Source: an uncultured bacterium (GTDB taxonomy: Bacteria > Krumholzibacteriota > Krumholzibacteriia > LZORAL124-64-63). From it: a DNA stretch of 64,000 nucleotides. The stretch's first letter is position 1, and every line of letters begins with the position of its first letter. Both the position numbers and the translations under genes were made by a program. The stretch lies in contig CAVSZB010000007.1 in the NCBI GenBank assembly GCA_963732385.1, positions 1,280,001-1,344,000 of the forward strand. Direction: 5' to 3'. Of the stretch, positions 39,983 through 50,943 are shown one piece after another. The notes beneath the pieces were generated by a model, which saw nothing but the letters and a program-made list of their open reading frames with translations, was not told where the DNA came from and did not search any database.

Positions 39983-40696
39983 TCAGCCCTTTGCCGCCTC
40001 CACCCGCTCCATCATGCCGCGCAGCCAGACCTGCAGCGGGTGCATGGCGCGCCAGCGCGCGAAGCACCAGTCGAGCAGGCCGCGCGTGTGCAACTCCGGC
40101 GGGACCGGCGCGTCGGCGCGCAGCCAGATGCTGCCATAGCGCAGCAGGTCGGCGCGCGGGTGATCCGCCGGGTAGCCGGCCGGCACCCGCTTGTAGCTCT
40201 CCTCGCCCGCCGCGCAGCCCGCGCGACCCGCCTTCGCCAGCAGGGTCGCCAGCTGCCGCCCGTGACGGGGATCGTCCACGGATGCGCGCCAGGTCGCCAG
40301 CTGTGGCTTGTCGAACATGTACTTGCCGACGTAGAGCTGCAGCCGGGGCGGCTCGAGGTGGAAGTAGTAGCCCGGCCCGTTCTGACGCTCCCCCTCCCAG
40401 AAGAAGATGCCAAGGTGCGTCTTGTAGGGACGCTTGTCCTTGCTGAAGCGGACATCGCGGTGGATGCGGAAGATGGAACCGGAACCGTTCGTGCGCGGGT
40501 CCACCCGCAGGTCGGGCGAGAGGCGGCGCAGCCGCGCGCCCATCTCCACCACGAAGGCCCGCGCGGGGACCAGCACGTGCGCCTCATAGTCGGCCTTGTG
40601 CGCGGCGAACCAGTCGCGGTCGTTGTGGCGGGCGAGCGCGCGGAAGAAGGTCAGACTCCCGGGCGGGAAACCGTTGAACACGTAATCTTCGAGCAT
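39983..40696 (-). CDS. DUF2461 (TIGR02453) family protein
   Basis: FFRALARHNDRDWF, SIFRIHRDVRFSKDKRPYK, KRVPAGY..DHP..DLLR. Confidence 0.88.
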   Translation of the reverse strand: MLEDYVFNGFPPGSLTFFRALARHNDRDWFAAHKADYEAHVLVPARAFVVEMGARLRRLSPDLRVDPRTNGSGSIFRIHRDVRFSKDKRPYKTHLGIFFWEGERQNGPGYYFHLEPPRLQLYVGKYMFDKPQLATWRASVDDPRHGRQLATLLAKAGRAGCAAGEESYKRVPAGYPADHPRADLLRYGSIWLRADAPVPPELHTRGLLDWCFARWRAMHPLQVWLRGMMERVEAAKG

Positions 40697-40749
40697 GGCT
40701 GCACCTCGGCCGGCATGATACGCGAATGGGCCCCGGATTTGTCGCCGGC

Positions 40750-41889
40750 CTACTCGAGGTAGCCGAGGCTGAGCATCTGCCGGCGGATGAGATCGTGCTG
40801 ATCCGGGGTGTCGAACACCGCGTGGCTGTGGAACCTGATGCGCACCTGCTCGCCCGGCAGCCGCGCCGCGGCGCGTCCGGCCGGCTTCGGCTCGACCATG
40901 CGCACCGCCAGTCCGCCGAGGTCGAGGTCGATCTCGAAACGGTCGCCGCGGTAGTGCACGTTGCGGATCACCGCCTCCAGACCGGCCCCCTCCGGGCCCG
41001 CGCCCGCCGTGGTGATGCCGGCCGGCGCGATCTCCACGTCCTCCGGCCGCACCAGCAGCACGAGTTCGCCGGTCGCCGTCGGCACCGCCAGGCCGGGCGC
41101 CGCCAGCCGGTCGCGCCCCAGGCGCAGCACGCCGTCCTTAACGACCCCTTCGAGGACGTTCACGTTGCCGATGAAGCTCGCCACGAAGCGGGTGCGCGGG
41201 TGGTCGTAGATCTCTTCCGCCACGCCGATCTGTTCGACGCGGCCGCGGTTGAGCACGACGATCTCGTCGGCGATCTCGATCGCCTCCTCCTGGTCGTGGG
41301 TTACGAAGACGGTCGTCGTGTGGACTTCGTCATGGAGCCGGCGGAGCTGATTGGCGAGATTGCGGCGCACCTTGATGTCGAGGGCGCCGAACGGCTCGTC
41401 CAGCAGCAAAACGCCGGGCCGCGGCGCCAGCGCCCGCGCCAACGCGACGCGCTGCCGCTGACCGCCGGAGAGCTGCGCCGGATAGCGGTCGGCATAGCCG
41501 CGCAGCTGCACCTGGTCGAGCAGTTCCTCCACCCGCTCGCGCACCTGGGCGCGCGGCCACTTCCGCACCTCGAGCCCGAAGGCGATGTTGCGGGCGACCG
41601 TGGCGTGCTTGAAGAGCGCGTAGTTCTGGAATACGAAACCGACGCCGCGCCGGTGCACCGGCACCCCGGTGACGTCCTGCCCCTCCAGCTCCACGGTGCC
41701 GCGATCGGGGACCTCCAGACCGGCGATGATCCGCAGGATGGTGCTCTTGCCCGATCCGCTCGGCCCGAGCAGCGCCACGAGGTGCCCTTCCGGCACGGCG
41801 AACGTCACGTCGGAGACGGCCAGCAACCCCTCCGTCTGCCCCCGTCCGGGCGGAAAACGCTTGGTCAGATTGCGCACGACGATGGCCAT
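40750..41889 (-). CDS. cysA: Sulfate/thiosulfate ABC transporter ATP-binding subunit
   Basis: [40 protein letters not shown]-like tail; operon context. Confidence 0.9.
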   Translation of the reverse strand: MAIVVRNLTKRFPPGRGQTEGLLAVSDVTFAVPEGHLVALLGPSGSGKSTILRIIAGLEVPDRGTVELEGQDVTGVPVHRRGVGFVFQNYALFKHATVARNIAFGLEVRKWPRAQVRERVEELLDQVQLRGYADRYPAQLSGGQRQRVALARALAPRPGVLLLDEPFGALDIKVRRNLANQLRRLHDEVHTTTVFVTHDQEEAIEIADEIVVLNRGRVEQIGVAEEIYDHPRTRFVASFIGNVNVLEGVVKDGVLRLGRDRLAAPGLAVPTATGELVLLVRPEDVEIAPAGITTAGAGPEGAGLEAVIRNVHYRGDRFEIDLDLGGLAVRMVEPKPAGRAAARLPGEQVRIRFHSHAVFDTPDQHDLIRRQMLSLGYLE

Positions 41890-41914
41890 CGACGATCCTT
41901 TCGCGGCCCCACGC

Positions 41915-42757
41915 TCAGGCGCGGCCGGCCCGCGCGCGTTTTTGCGCCAGCTCCATGGCGGCCAGCAGCACGAAGGAGATGCACGCCAGCGCCAGCGAGG
42001 CGGCGAACGCACCGGCGTAATGGAAATCGGCGTACTCCTGGTGGATGTGCAGGGTCGCGCTCTGCGTCCGCCCGATGATGCTGCCGCTGACCACCAGCAC
42101 GGCCCCGAATTCACCCAGGGCACGCGCCACCGTCAGGGTGACTCCGTAGGCGAGGCCCCAGCGGACCGATGGCAGCGTCACCCGCCAGAACACCTGCCAG
42201 CCGTTCGCGCCGAGCGTGCGGGCCGCCTCCTCCTGTTCGAGGCCGCTCTCGCGCAAAACCGGCACCACCTCACGCGCCACGAACGGCAGGGTGACGAAGA
42301 TCGTGGCCAGCGCCATCCCCGGCACCGCGTAGATGATCCGGATCCCCCCCGCCTCGAACCAGCGCCCCAGCCACCCGTGCGGGCCGAACAACACCAGGAA
42401 CATGAAGCCTGCCACCACGGGCGACACCGAGAACGGCAGATCGACGATCCCCTCGAGCAGCAGCTTGCCGAAGAACCGCTGCCGCACCAGCACCAGCGCC
42501 AGCAGGACCCCCCCGATCGTGTTGACGATCACGGCGGCCAGCGTGATCCAGAAGGTGAGCGTGAACGCCTGGCGCGCCGCCGGTTCGCGCAGCGCGGCCA
42601 GCGCCGCTCCCAGCCCTTCCCGCCACGCGCCGCGCACCAGCGCCAGCAGCGGGAACAGGACCAGAACGGCGACCCAGGCCAGCACGATCCCGATCAGGAT
42701 GCGGCGGCTCCAGGGACCGTCCAGGCGCGTGCGACGCGTGACCGCCGACTCAGCCAT
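41915..42757 (-). CDS. cysW: Sulfate ABC transporter permease CysW
   Basis: [33 protein letters not shown]. Confidence 0.9.
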   Translation of the reverse strand: MAESAVTRRTRLDGPWSRRILIGIVLAWVAVLVLFPLLALVRGAWREGLGAALAALREPAARQAFTLTFWITLAAVIVNTIGGVLLALVLVRQRFFGKLLLEGIVDLPFSVSPVVAGFMFLVLFGPHGWLGRWFEAGGIRIIYAVPGMALATIFVTLPFVAREVVPVLRESGLEQEEAARTLGANGWQVFWRVTLPSVRWGLAYGVTLTVARALGEFGAVLVVSGSIIGRTQSATLHIHQEYADFHYAGAFAASLALACISFVLLAAMELAQKRARAGRA

Positions 42758-43622
42758 CGCGCCGCCTCCCGAGTTGCTGCAGCAGATGCAGCGCCACCAG
42801 CACCGCCAGGGATCCGGCCAGCAGCGCCACCGAGACGGCGAGCGCCCCCGCCGGATTGTCGCTCTCGATCTCCCCGTAGATGTAGACCGGCGCGGTCTGG
42901 GTCCGCAGCGGGATGTTGCCGGCCACCATGATCACCGAACCGAACTCCCCGAGCGCGCGGCTGAACGACAGCGCGGCGCCGGTCAGGATGGCGGGCAGCA
43001 GCGACGGCAGCAGCACCCGGCGGAACACCGTCCAGCGCGAGGCGCCCAGCGTGGCGGCCGCCTCTTCCATGTCCAGGTCGAGCTCCATCAGGACCGGCTG
43101 CACCGCCCGCACCACGAACGGCAGGGTCACGAACAGGAGCGCCAGCACGATGCCCGGCCGGGCATAGATGACCTCGATGCCGTGCGCGTTCAGGAACGTC
43201 CCGATCGACCCCTGCGGCCCGTACAGGACGACGAGCATCAGTCCGGTGACGATGGTCGGGATGGCGAACGGCAGGTCGATGAGCGCGTTGACGAAGCCGC
43301 GGCCAGGAAAGGTGTGGCGCACGAGCACCCAGGCCGTAAGCGTCCCCATGACGGTGTTGATGACGATCATGATGGCGGCGAGCCGTACCGTCAGCCAGAG
43401 GGAGAAAAGCGCCTCCGGCTGGCGCAGGCTCGCCCAGATCGCCGCCGGCCCGGGCGCGAAGGCCCGCCCGCAGAGCGCCACCAGCGGCAGCACCACGAAC
43501 AGGCCGACGTAGCCAAGCGCGATCGCGCGCAGCAGCAGGGCGGACCAGTACGGTCCGCCGGGCACCGGCGGCGCCCACGGCGGGCGCCGCCAGGCGCGCA
43601 GGGCGAACGTGCGTCCCGTCAT
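42750..43622 (-). CDS. cysT: Sulfate ABC transporter permease CysT
   Basis: DLPFAIPT.V.G, LPFVVRAVQPVL, FSRALGEFGSV..AGNIP. Confidence 0.9.
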   Translation of the reverse strand: MTGRTFALRAWRRPPWAPPVPGGPYWSALLLRAIALGYVGLFVVLPLVALCGRAFAPGPAAIWASLRQPEALFSLWLTVRLAAIMIVINTVMGTLTAWVLVRHTFPGRGFVNALIDLPFAIPTIVTGLMLVVLYGPQGSIGTFLNAHGIEVIYARPGIVLALLFVTLPFVVRAVQPVLMELDLDMEEAAATLGASRWTVFRRVLLPSLLPAILTGAALSFSRALGEFGSVIMVAGNIPLRTQTAPVYIYGEIESDNPAGALAVSVALLAGSLAVLVALHLLQQLGRRRDG

Positions 43623-43628
43623 GCCTTC

Positions 43629-44684
43629 CTAACGGTTCTGGCCCAGTTCCTGGGTGACCTGCGTCCAGACTCCCTGTGGACCGTACAGTATTTCCCGCAC
43701 CTGCGTCCACCCGCCCAGCGCGCCGATGTCGAACTGCAGCGGCGCGACGGGGTAACGCTCGGCCACCTCCTGCATGACCTCCGGGCTGGCCGGACGGAAT
43801 CCGTAGCGGGCGAACGTTCTCTGGGCCGCTTCGCCGTGCAGGAACAGGACGAATTCTTCCGCCACGGCGCGGGCGCCGTGCTTGTCGGCGTACTTGTCCA
43901 CGACGGCCACCGGATTCTCGATCAGGATCGTCGCGCGCGGGATGACGTACGGCAGCGGCCGTCCCTGCATATTACGCAGGAGCACCTCGTTCTCGTAGGT
44001 GACCAGCGCGTCACCGATGCCCCGCTCGAACGTCGTCACCGACTCGCGCCCCGACTTGTCCATCACCTTCACGCGCGCCTGGATCCGTTTGAGCAGATCG
44101 CGGGCGACGGCGGGATCGGGGGTCCCGGTCTCCGCCTCGGACAGCTTCAGGCCGGCGCCGTAGATGGCGTTCACGCCCCACATCGCCCCGCCCGAGGTCT
44201 TCGGGTTCGGATAGAGAACCTCCACCTCCGGCCGGGTGAGGTCGGACCAGTCACGGATGTTCTTCGGGTTTCCGGGCCGGGTGGCGATCACGACCAGGGA
44301 CCGGGTGATGAAGCCGCCCCACGGACGGTCCCGCCAGTCGTGCGTGATCAGCCCCGCGTCGGTGATCTTGTCCACATCGCCCTCGAGGGAGAGCGCCACC
44401 ACGTCCGCCTCGAAGCCCCCCACCACCGCCCGCGCCTGCGCCCCCGATGCCTCGTACGACTGCTGCACGTCGACCTCACGGCCGGTCCTGCGCAGCCAGT
44501 GCTCGCGAAACGCCGGGATGATCTCGCCGGTGTACGCTTCTTTCGGAACCGTGTAGGCCGCCAGCACCAGGGTGTCCGCCATTGACCGGGGAGCGGCTTC
44601 TTTTCTGCGGGCGCAACCGCTGAGGGCGGCAATCAGCACGAACGGGAGTAACAGACGAAAAGACAATGATCTGAACGCTATCAT
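43629..44684 (-). CDS. sbp: Sulfate/thiosulfate-binding lipoprotein
   Basis: Lipobox LSGC; SYEASGAQARAV, GNPKNIRDWSDL, PNPKTSGGA, YENE. Confidence 0.9.
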   Translation of the reverse strand: MIAFRSLSFRLLLPFVLIAALSGCARRKEAAPRSMADTLVLAAYTVPKEAYTGEIIPAFREHWLRRTGREVDVQQSYEASGAQARAVVGGFEADVVALSLEGDVDKITDAGLITHDWRDRPWGGFITRSLVVIATRPGNPKNIRDWSDLTRPEVEVLYPNPKTSGGAMWGVNAIYGAGLKLSEAETGTPDPAVARDLLKRIQARVKVMDKSGRESVTTFERGIGDALVTYENEVLLRNMQGRPLPYVIPRATILIENPVAVVDKYADKHGARAVAEEFVLFLHGEAAQRTFARYGFRPASPEVMQEVAERYPVAPLQFDIGALGGWTQVREILYGPQGVWTQVTQELGQNR

Positions 44685-44727
44685 GTCCCGCCTCCCGGAG
44701 TTTTGACCGTCGAAGCCAGAGCCAAAA

Positions 44728-44786
44728 AGAGTGCCATAGCACTCCTATGACACTCTCATTATATGCGTCCGGCAGTTCCCTGTCGA
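44728..44786 (-). promoter_or_regulatory. Sigma70 promoter of the sulfate operon with a 12-bp inverted repeat over the start site
   Basis: Minus strand TCGACA-N17-TATAAT (44786-44758); AGAGTGCCATAG-N5-CTATGACACTCT at 44728-44756. Confidence 0.7.
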
Positions 44787-45262
44787 GTGCAAATATGCGC
44801 TCCTGCCGGCGACGCAGACCTCCGCCTCCGGTCCGGTGACGGCGCTTCTCTGACCTTCGATCCGCTTCACCGGAACGCACCCTCCCGGGCCGAGGTCGCC
44901 GTCTGTCCGGCGCCATCGTTGCGTCCACACCTCCGACCTCGTGCCACTCGCGAGCAGTCACGACGCGCTCCTGCTCTGCAAGCGTCACCATGCTTCGGTC
45001 CGTCATCCCGTTCCCGCTCCCGCTCACCGGTCTCGCGTCGAGCCTGGTCCACGCACCGCTCGGCTGTCGCCTGATCGTCTCCTGACGCGTTTTCCCATCA
45101 AGCCGAGACACCGCGGGTCGAATCTTGACTCGGGACGAACGGGCGCGCCTCTTATGCACTTCAGGTCTTGACTCGCGCGTGAAGCCGACTAACATGAAAG
45201 TCCTGACGTTGCGCCGCGCGCGACGGTCTTGAAGGAAGCGACCCCTGAAGGAGCTGGGTAAT

Positions 45263-46570
45263 ATGCAGGGCAAGAGTGCTCCCGCCTTCCGTGATGACCC
45301 CGGACCGGAACCTGAAACCGAGCCACCGCATCGAACAGCCCGGAGCTTCGGTGCGATTTCCGTGGCGCCTGCTCCGGTAACGCCTCTCGTCGGGGCCCTG
45401 GCCGTCTCCAGGGCAAACCCCCGCACCCGCAGTTTCCGCCGCCGCTTTTTCCCCGAGGCGTCGAACGTCGAGTGGAACGACTGGCGCTGGCAGTTGCGCA
45501 ATAGCATCCGCGACACCGATGCGCTGGCGCGGATCGTCAATCTCTCCGAAGGGGAACGGGCCGCCATCGAACGGCACCGCGGGCCCCTGCCGGTCGGCAT
45601 CACCCCCTACTATCTGAGCCTGGTCGATGCGAACGACCCCGACCAGCCGCTGCGCCGCACGGTCGTGCCGGTGCTCGGCGAGTACCTGCGCACCCCCGGG
45701 GATGCCGACGACCCGCTGCTCGAGGACGGCCACTCGCCGGTCCCCGGCATCGTGCACCGCTACCCCGACCGGATCTTGTTCCTGGTCACGAGGTTCTGTT
45801 CGGTGTACTGCCGCTACTGCACCCGTTCCCGCATGGTCGGCAGCAGCGGCGAGTACCGCTTCGGCCGCGAGATGTGGAAACGGGCGCTCGACTATGTGGC
45901 GGCCACGCCAACGATCCGCGACGTGCTCGTGTCCGGGGGAGATCCGCTCACGCTGGGCGACGACACGCTCGACTGGCTGCTCTCGGGCCTGCGGGCGATC
46001 CCCCACGTCGAGATGATCCGGCTGGGCACCAAGGTGCCGGCCGTCCTGCCCCAGCGGGTGACGCCGCAGCTCACGCGGATCCTGAAGAAATACCACCCGT
46101 TCTGGCTGAGCATCCACTTCACCCACCCGGACGAGCTGACCCCCGAAGTCGCCGCCGCCTGCGGACGGCTGGCCGACGCCGGGATCCCGCTCGGCAGCCA
46201 GACGGTGCTGCTCGCCGGGGTGAACGACAACTTGGACACCATGACGCGGCTGATGCACGGCCTGCTGAAGATCCGGGTCAAGCCGTACTACCTGTACCAG
46301 TGCGACCCGATCTCCGGTTCGTCCCATTTCCGCACGCCCGTGCAGAAGGGGCTGGACATCATCGCGGGGTTGCGGGGCCACACCTCGGGCTACGCGGTGC
46401 CGACCTACGTGATCGACGCCCCGGGCGGCGGCGGCAAGATCCCGCTGCTGCCGCACAGCATCGTCGGCCGCGAAGGCGACGACCTGCTGCTGCGCAATTA
46501 CGAAGGAGGGGTTTTCCGTTACCCCGACCCGGGCGGAAAACTCGGGCTGGCCATGAACCAGGATGCCTGA
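45263..46570 (+). CDS. KamA-family radical SAM protein (lysine 2,3-aminomutase-like)
   Basis: WNDWRWQL, HRYPDR, CSVYCRYCTR, SGGDPL, PYYLYQCD, DAPGGGGKIP. Confidence 0.9.
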   Translation: MQGKSAPAFRDDPGPEPETEPPHRTARSFGAISVAPAPVTPLVGALAVSRANPRTRSFRRRFFPEASNVEWNDWRWQLRNSIRDTDALARIVNLSEGERAAIERHRGPLPVGITPYYLSLVDANDPDQPLRRTVVPVLGEYLRTPGDADDPLLEDGHSPVPGIVHRYPDRILFLVTRFCSVYCRYCTRSRMVGSSGEYRFGREMWKRALDYVAATPTIRDVLVSGGDPLTLGDDTLDWLLSGLRAIPHVEMIRLGTKVPAVLPQRVTPQLTRILKKYHPFWLSIHFTHPDELTPEVAAACGRLADAGIPLGSQTVLLAGVNDNLDTMTRLMHGLLKIRVKPYYLYQCDPISGSSHFRTPVQKGLDIIAGLRGHTSGYAVPTYVIDAPGGGGKIPLLPHSIVGREGDDLLLRNYEGGVFRYPDPGGKLGLAMNQDA

Positions 46571-46601
46571 GCCGGCAGAGCGCCGGACGGCAAACAGACA
46601 A

Positions 46602-46632
46602 GGGGGGCGCCGTGAGGCGCCCCCCGCGTTTT
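46602..46632 (+). terminator. Intrinsic terminator after the KamA gene
   Basis: GGGGGGCGCC-GTGA-GGCGCCCCCC then GCGTTTT. Confidence 0.7.
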
Positions 46633-46652
46633 GACACCACCCGTGGCGCCGC

Positions 46653-46946
46653 TCAGGCCAGCAGATCGAGCAGACTGCCGACCATCTGGTCCTGCCGGCG
46701 CATCACGCCGGCGTAGAGCGCCATCTCATGCCTCACCGTGATCTGACTGACCGTCTCGTCCACCAGGTCGGTGGGGGCGTCGGTCCGTTCGACGCGCGTT
46801 GCCGGCCCCGCCCCGGGGCCCGCCTCGGTCTGGACGACGCGGTAGGCGCGGTAGCCCTCGCTGCGCGCATTGGCGATGTTCAGCGCCGACACCCGTGACC
46901 GGGTCAACGCCGCCTGCATGCCGGCCGCCACCGCGTCCAGAAACAC
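46653..46946 (-). CDS. Short flagellar basal-body rod (FlgC-like) domain protein
   Basis: GMQAA...SALNIANARSEGY N-domain; TDLVDE...DQMVGSLLDLLA C-domain; GGAGG RBS. Confidence 0.75.
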   Translation of the reverse strand: MFLDAVAAGMQAALTRSRVSALNIANARSEGYRAYRVVQTEAGPGAGPATRVERTDAPTDLVDETVSQITVRHEMALYAGVMRRQDQMVGSLLDLLA

Positions 46947-46966
46947 GACAGCACCTCCCGCTGTCA

Positions 46967-46993
46967 GTATCGGCCAGCGAACGGAAACCTTGA
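46967..46993 (-). promoter_or_regulatory. Sigma28 (FliA)-like promoter
   Basis: Minus strand TCAA-N15-GCCGATAC upstream of the FlgC-like gene. Confidence 0.65.
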
Positions 46994-47009
46994 GCCCAAA
47001 GAAACCGGC

Positions 47010-47990
47010 TCAGGCGTCGGCGGGGCGCAGAGCGTCCGCCTGTGGCGCGAACTGCACGAGAATGGCGGGAGCTACCGCGGCCAGATCGGACACCGCGGCC
47101 AGCAGCGTGGCCGCCCCTGCCCCCCACGCCATCAGCGGCACCGGATTGCGGGTGTGGCTGCGGGTCGACAGATCCTCCAGATTGCCATGGTCCGAGGTGA
47201 GGATCACGAGCGCTCCGGGATCGGCGTCGGCGCCGGCGGCCGCTCCGGTCGGCCGCAGCTCCGCCAGCAGTCCGGCCAGGAACGCCTCGAGACGGGCAAG
47301 TTCGACGCGCGCCCGCGGCGCGTCACGCGCGTGGCCGGCCTGATCGGTCCGGAAGTACTCGAACAGCGTGAACGCGTGCCGCCGCGCCTCCCGCCCGAGG
47401 AGGCGCCCGGCCGCCTCCGGCGTGATCGCCGGAACGTCGAATCCGCGTTGCCGCAGTTCGTCGCAGGTGATGTCGTGGTAGACCGCGCGCCCGGCGCGCA
47501 GATCATCAAGCGTGCTGAACGGCAAATCAGCGGCCAGATTCGCCACGGTGGTGGCCGAGAGGCACAGTTGCCGCTCACGCGGCAGCTGGAAGAACAGGGG
47601 ACGGTAGGCGTTCAGGAACGCAGCCGGCAGACCGCGCTCTTTCACCCTTTTGAAGAGCGACGCCTCGAGCAGCAGCGCGCGCAGCTCCGCGTTGGGGAAC
47701 CCGGTCAGATGGTGACCGAGACGCGCCTGCGCGTTGACGCCGGTCAGGAGGGTGGTCTGGCCGGTGGCGCTCTGTGGAATTCCCGCCACGCCGAGCACGG
47801 CGTCGATCGGCCGGGCGAGGCCGCCCCACGGCAGGGGCGCCACCTCGCCCGGCGAGAGGGTGGCGGCGTCGGGCAGAGCGAACAGCCGGACGCCATCGGC
47901 ATGGCACGGATTGACGCCGGGATCGACACGACCCCAGCCGAGCCCGTCGACGAAGACGAGGACGACGGGCCCCGCGCCGGGCGGACTCAC
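47010..47990 (-). CDS. Alkaline-phosphatase-superfamily metalloenzyme (phosphoglycerate mutase/phosphopentomutase-like)
   Basis: [31 protein letters not shown]...HTRNPVP; GTG overlaps the peroxiredoxin stop. Confidence 0.8.
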   Translation of the reverse strand: MSPPGAGPVVLVFVDGLGWGRVDPGVNPCHADGVRLFALPDAATLSPGEVAPLPWGGLARPIDAVLGVAGIPQSATGQTTLLTGVNAQARLGHHLTGFPNAELRALLLEASLFKRVKERGLPAAFLNAYRPLFFQLPRERQLCLSATTVANLAADLPFSTLDDLRAGRAVYHDITCDELRQRGFDVPAITPEAAGRLLGREARRHAFTLFEYFRTDQAGHARDAPRARVELARLEAFLAGLLAELRPTGAAAGADADPGALVILTSDHGNLEDLSTRSHTRNPVPLMAWGAGAATLLAAVSDLAAVAPAILVQFAPQADALRPADA

Positions 47991-48583
47991 TTGCCGTGTC
48001 GGGCCAGGTAGCCGGAGACGCCGTCGTGCGTCGGCTTCATCGCGTCTTCGCCCTTGTGCCAGCCGGCGGGGCAGACCTCGCCGAACTCTTCCAGATGCTG
48101 CAGGGCGTCGACCATGCGCAGCGCCTCGTCGATGTTGCGACCGAGTCCGAGATCGTTGATCACCAGGTGCCTGACGACCCCCTCCTTGTCGATCAGGAAG
48201 GTGCCGCGGTAGGCCACGGCGCCGTCCTGGTCCAGGACGCCGTAGTCGCGGGAGATCTGTTTGTTGAGATCGGCCACCAGCGGGTAGCCCACCTTGCCGA
48301 TGCCCCCCTGCTCGACCGGGGTCTCCTTCCAGGCGAGGTGGCTGAACTGGCTGTCCACCGAAACGCCAATGACCTCGCAGCCGCGCTTCCTGAACTCCGC
48401 CAGCTTGCGGTCGAATTCGATGATCTCGGTCGGGCAGACGAAAGTGAAATCGAGCGGATAGAAGAACAGCACCACGTATTTGCCCTTCAGGTCGCTCAGC
48501 TTGAAGCTCTCGTTGATGCTGTTGTTGCCCATGACTGCCTTGGCGGAGAAATCGGGGGCCTTGTGGCCGATCATGCAGGACAT
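47987..48583 (-). CDS. ahpC: Typical 2-Cys peroxiredoxin (AhpC/TsaA)
   Basis: [13 protein letters not shown] and GEVCPAGW. Confidence 0.92.
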   Translation of the reverse strand: MSCMIGHKAPDFSAKAVMGNNSINESFKLSDLKGKYVVLFFYPLDFTFVCPTEIIEFDRKLAEFRKRGCEVIGVSVDSQFSHLAWKETPVEQGGIGKVGYPLVADLNKQISRDYGVLDQDGAVAYRGTFLIDKEGVVRHLVINDLGLGRNIDEALRMVDALQHLEEFGEVCPAGWHKGEDAMKPTHDGVSGYLARHGK

Positions 48584-48774
48584 ACTTCGTGCCTCCCTGG
48601 CTGGCGCGGGCGTTTCTTTGCCCCGCGGGCCCTGGCCCCGGGCGACACCGGCGCGTACGCTGACTTTCCGGAAGTGAACGGCCACAAGAAACGGCATTTC
48701 GGGCCGCCCGCAAGCGCGCCGCGCGCGGCCAGGAGCGCGAAGGGCCGCCCTGCGGGCGGCCCTGGCGACGGTAC

Positions 48775-48850
48775 TGGTAGCCCCAACGGGAGTCGAACCC
48801 GTGTTTCTGCCTTGAGAGGGCAGCGTCCTAGGCCACTAGACGATGGGGCC
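48775..48850 (-). tRNA. tRNA-Glu (CTC)
   Basis: GGCCCCATCGTCTAGTGG...CTGCC-CTCTCAA-GGCAG...GGTTCGACTCCC...ACCA cloverleaf, 76 nt. Confidence 0.95.
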
Positions 48851-48902
48851 GGCTAGAAACACCGCCAGCGATACCGGCGGCGGCCTGTGGTTCCGATGCG
48901 CT

Positions 48903-48976
48903 TGGTTGCCCGGGGAGGATTCGAACCCCCATAGGCTGATCCAGAGTCAGCAGTCCTACCATTGGACGACCGGGCA
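48903..48976 (-). tRNA. tRNA-Gln (CTG)
   Basis: TGCCCGGTCGTCCAATGG...GCTGA-CTCTGGA-TCAGC...GGTTCGAATCC...ACCA cloverleaf, 74 nt. Confidence 0.95.
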
Positions 48977-49131
48977 ACCGCGGCGCAGAAGATAACCAAC
49001 CCGGCGCGGGATTGCAAGCGCGTCATGGATGCGCCAACCCGTTGCCCTGTCTTGCACAAGGCGGGCCGGCGCGGTTCAGCACGGGCCGGCCGGCCGAAGG
49101 ACATCAATGTTGGACGTCGCTGGCCGTTTCC

Positions 49132-49160
49132 TTGTCGATCGTCCGCCTACTGCGTATAAT
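49132..49160 (+). promoter_or_regulatory. Sigma70 promoter of glnS-gltX
   Basis: TTGTCG-N17-TATAAT. Confidence 0.6.
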
Positions 49161-49196
49161 GCGCGGCCTGTACCGCACACCAAGGAGGGCCCCGCC

Positions 49197-50912
49197 GTGG
49201 CCGCCGAGCAAGCCGATCGTCCCCTGGATTTCGTCCGCCGGATCATCAACGAGCATGGGGCCTCGGGCCGCTTCGACGGGCGGGTCCACACCCGCTTCCC
49301 GCCCGAACCGAACGGCTACCTGCACATCGGCCATGCCAAGGCGATGCTGCTCAACCACGGGCTGGCCCAGGAATACGGGGGCAAATTCAACCTCCGCTTC
49401 GACGACACGAACCCCGTCAAGGAGGAGCAGGAATACATCGACGCCATCCGCGAGGATGTCTCCTGGCTCGGCTGCGACTGGAACGGCGGCGAATTCTACG
49501 CCTCCGACTACTTCGAGCAGCTCTATGCCTGGGCGGTGCAGCTGATCCGCGACGGCAGGGCGTACGTGGACAGCCTGTCGGCCGCCCAGATCAGCGAATA
49601 CCGCGGCACGGCGATCCAGCGGGGCGAGCGGATCGAGACCAGGCCCGGGATCGACAGCCCGTATCGCGACCGGCCGATCGAGGAGAACCTCGACCTGTTC
49701 GAGCGGATGCGCCGGGGTGAGTTCGCGGACGGGGCCCATGTCCTGCGGGCGAAGATCGACATGGCGCACCCGAACCTCAACCTGCGCGACGCCGTGATGT
49801 ACCGCATCCTGCACGCGTCGCACCCCCGTACCGGCGACACCTGGTGCGTCTACCCGACCTACGACTGGGCGCACGGGCAGAGCGACTCCATCGAGGGCAT
49901 CACGCACTCCATCTGCACGCTGGAATTCGAGAACCACCGGCCGCTCTACGACTGGTACCTCGATCAGCTCGACATCCACCACCCCCAGCAGATCGAATTC
50001 GCGCGGCTCAACCTGACCTACACCGTGATGAGCAAACGCCGGCTGCTGCTGCTGGTGCGCGACGGACAGGTGCATGGCTGGGATGACCCGCGCCTGCCGA
50101 CGCTGTCCGGCCTGCGCCGCCGCGGCTTCACGCCGGAGTCGATCCGCGCCTTCTGCCTGCGCATCGGCGTGGCCAAAACGGAGAGCGTGATCGACGTCGG
50201 CCTGCTCGAAGAGGCGGTGCGCGAGCAGCTCAACCGCACGGCGCCCCGCGCCATGGCGGTGCTGAGGCCGCTGCGTCTGGTGATCGAGAACTTTCCCGAG
50301 GGGGTGACCGAGACGGTCGAGATCGCCGTCAACCCCGAGGATCCGGCGGCCGGCACCCGCGCAGTGCCGCTGTCACGGGTGGTGTACATCGAGCGCGACG
50401 ACTTCATGGAGGATCCTCCGAAGCAGTTCCACCGGCTCGCGCCGGGCCGCGAGGTCCGCCTGCGCGGCGCCTGCCTCGTCACCTGCACAGGGGTCGTGCG
50501 CGACGCAGCGGGCGCGATCGTCGAGCTGCGCGGCACCTGGGATCCGGCCTCGCGCGGCGGCAACGCCCCCGACGGCCGCAAGGTCAAGGGCACGCTGCAC
50601 TGGGTGTCGGCCGACCACGCCGTGGACGCCGAGGTGCGTCTCTACGACCGGCTGTTCGTGAAGGAGAACCCCGACGACTTCGCGCCGGGCCAGGACTGGC
50701 TGGTCAACCTGAATCCCGCCTCGCTGGAGGTGCTGACCGGCTGCAAACTCGACCCGTGGCTGGCCGACGCCGCAGCGGGCGCCCGTTTCCAGTTCGAACG
50801 ACTCGGCTACTTCTGCACGGACAAGGACACGGCGCCGGGACGCCCCGTGTTCAACCGCATCGTGCCGCTGCGCGACAGCTGGGCCCGGATCCAGCAGAAG
50901 GCCGGAGCCTGA
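49197..50912 (+). CDS. glnS: Glutamine--tRNA ligase
   Basis: [43 protein letters not shown] after AAGGAGG. Confidence 0.95.
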   Translation: MAAEQADRPLDFVRRIINEHGASGRFDGRVHTRFPPEPNGYLHIGHAKAMLLNHGLAQEYGGKFNLRFDDTNPVKEEQEYIDAIREDVSWLGCDWNGGEFYASDYFEQLYAWAVQLIRDGRAYVDSLSAAQISEYRGTAIQRGERIETRPGIDSPYRDRPIEENLDLFERMRRGEFADGAHVLRAKIDMAHPNLNLRDAVMYRILHASHPRTGDTWCVYPTYDWAHGQSDSIEGITHSICTLEFENHRPLYDWYLDQLDIHHPQQIEFARLNLTYTVMSKRRLLLLVRDGQVHGWDDPRLPTLSGLRRRGFTPESIRAFCLRIGVAKTESVIDVGLLEEAVREQLNRTAPRAMAVLRPLRLVIENFPEGVTETVEIAVNPEDPAAGTRAVPLSRVVYIERDDFMEDPPKQFHRLAPGREVRLRGACLVTCTGVVRDAAGAIVELRGTWDPASRGGNAPDGRKVKGTLHWVSADHAVDAEVRLYDRLFVKENPDDFAPGQDWLVNLNPASLEVLTGCKLDPWLADAAAGARFQFERLGYFCTDKDTAPGRPVFNRIVPLRDSWARIQQKAGA

Positions 50913-50943
50913 CCGTAACCAGACCGGAACCTGAAAGGCCGCC

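Noticed and set aside
44729..44793. TAGCACTC and GAGTGCAA resembling a CIRCE (HrcA) element
   Set aside because: Half-sites are about 40 bp apart rather than 9 and no chaperone genes follow; better explained by the 12-bp inverted repeat reported above
48775..48800. tRNA 3' ends as prophage or island attachment sites
   Set aside because: No duplicated tRNA 3' fragment and no integrase found in the window
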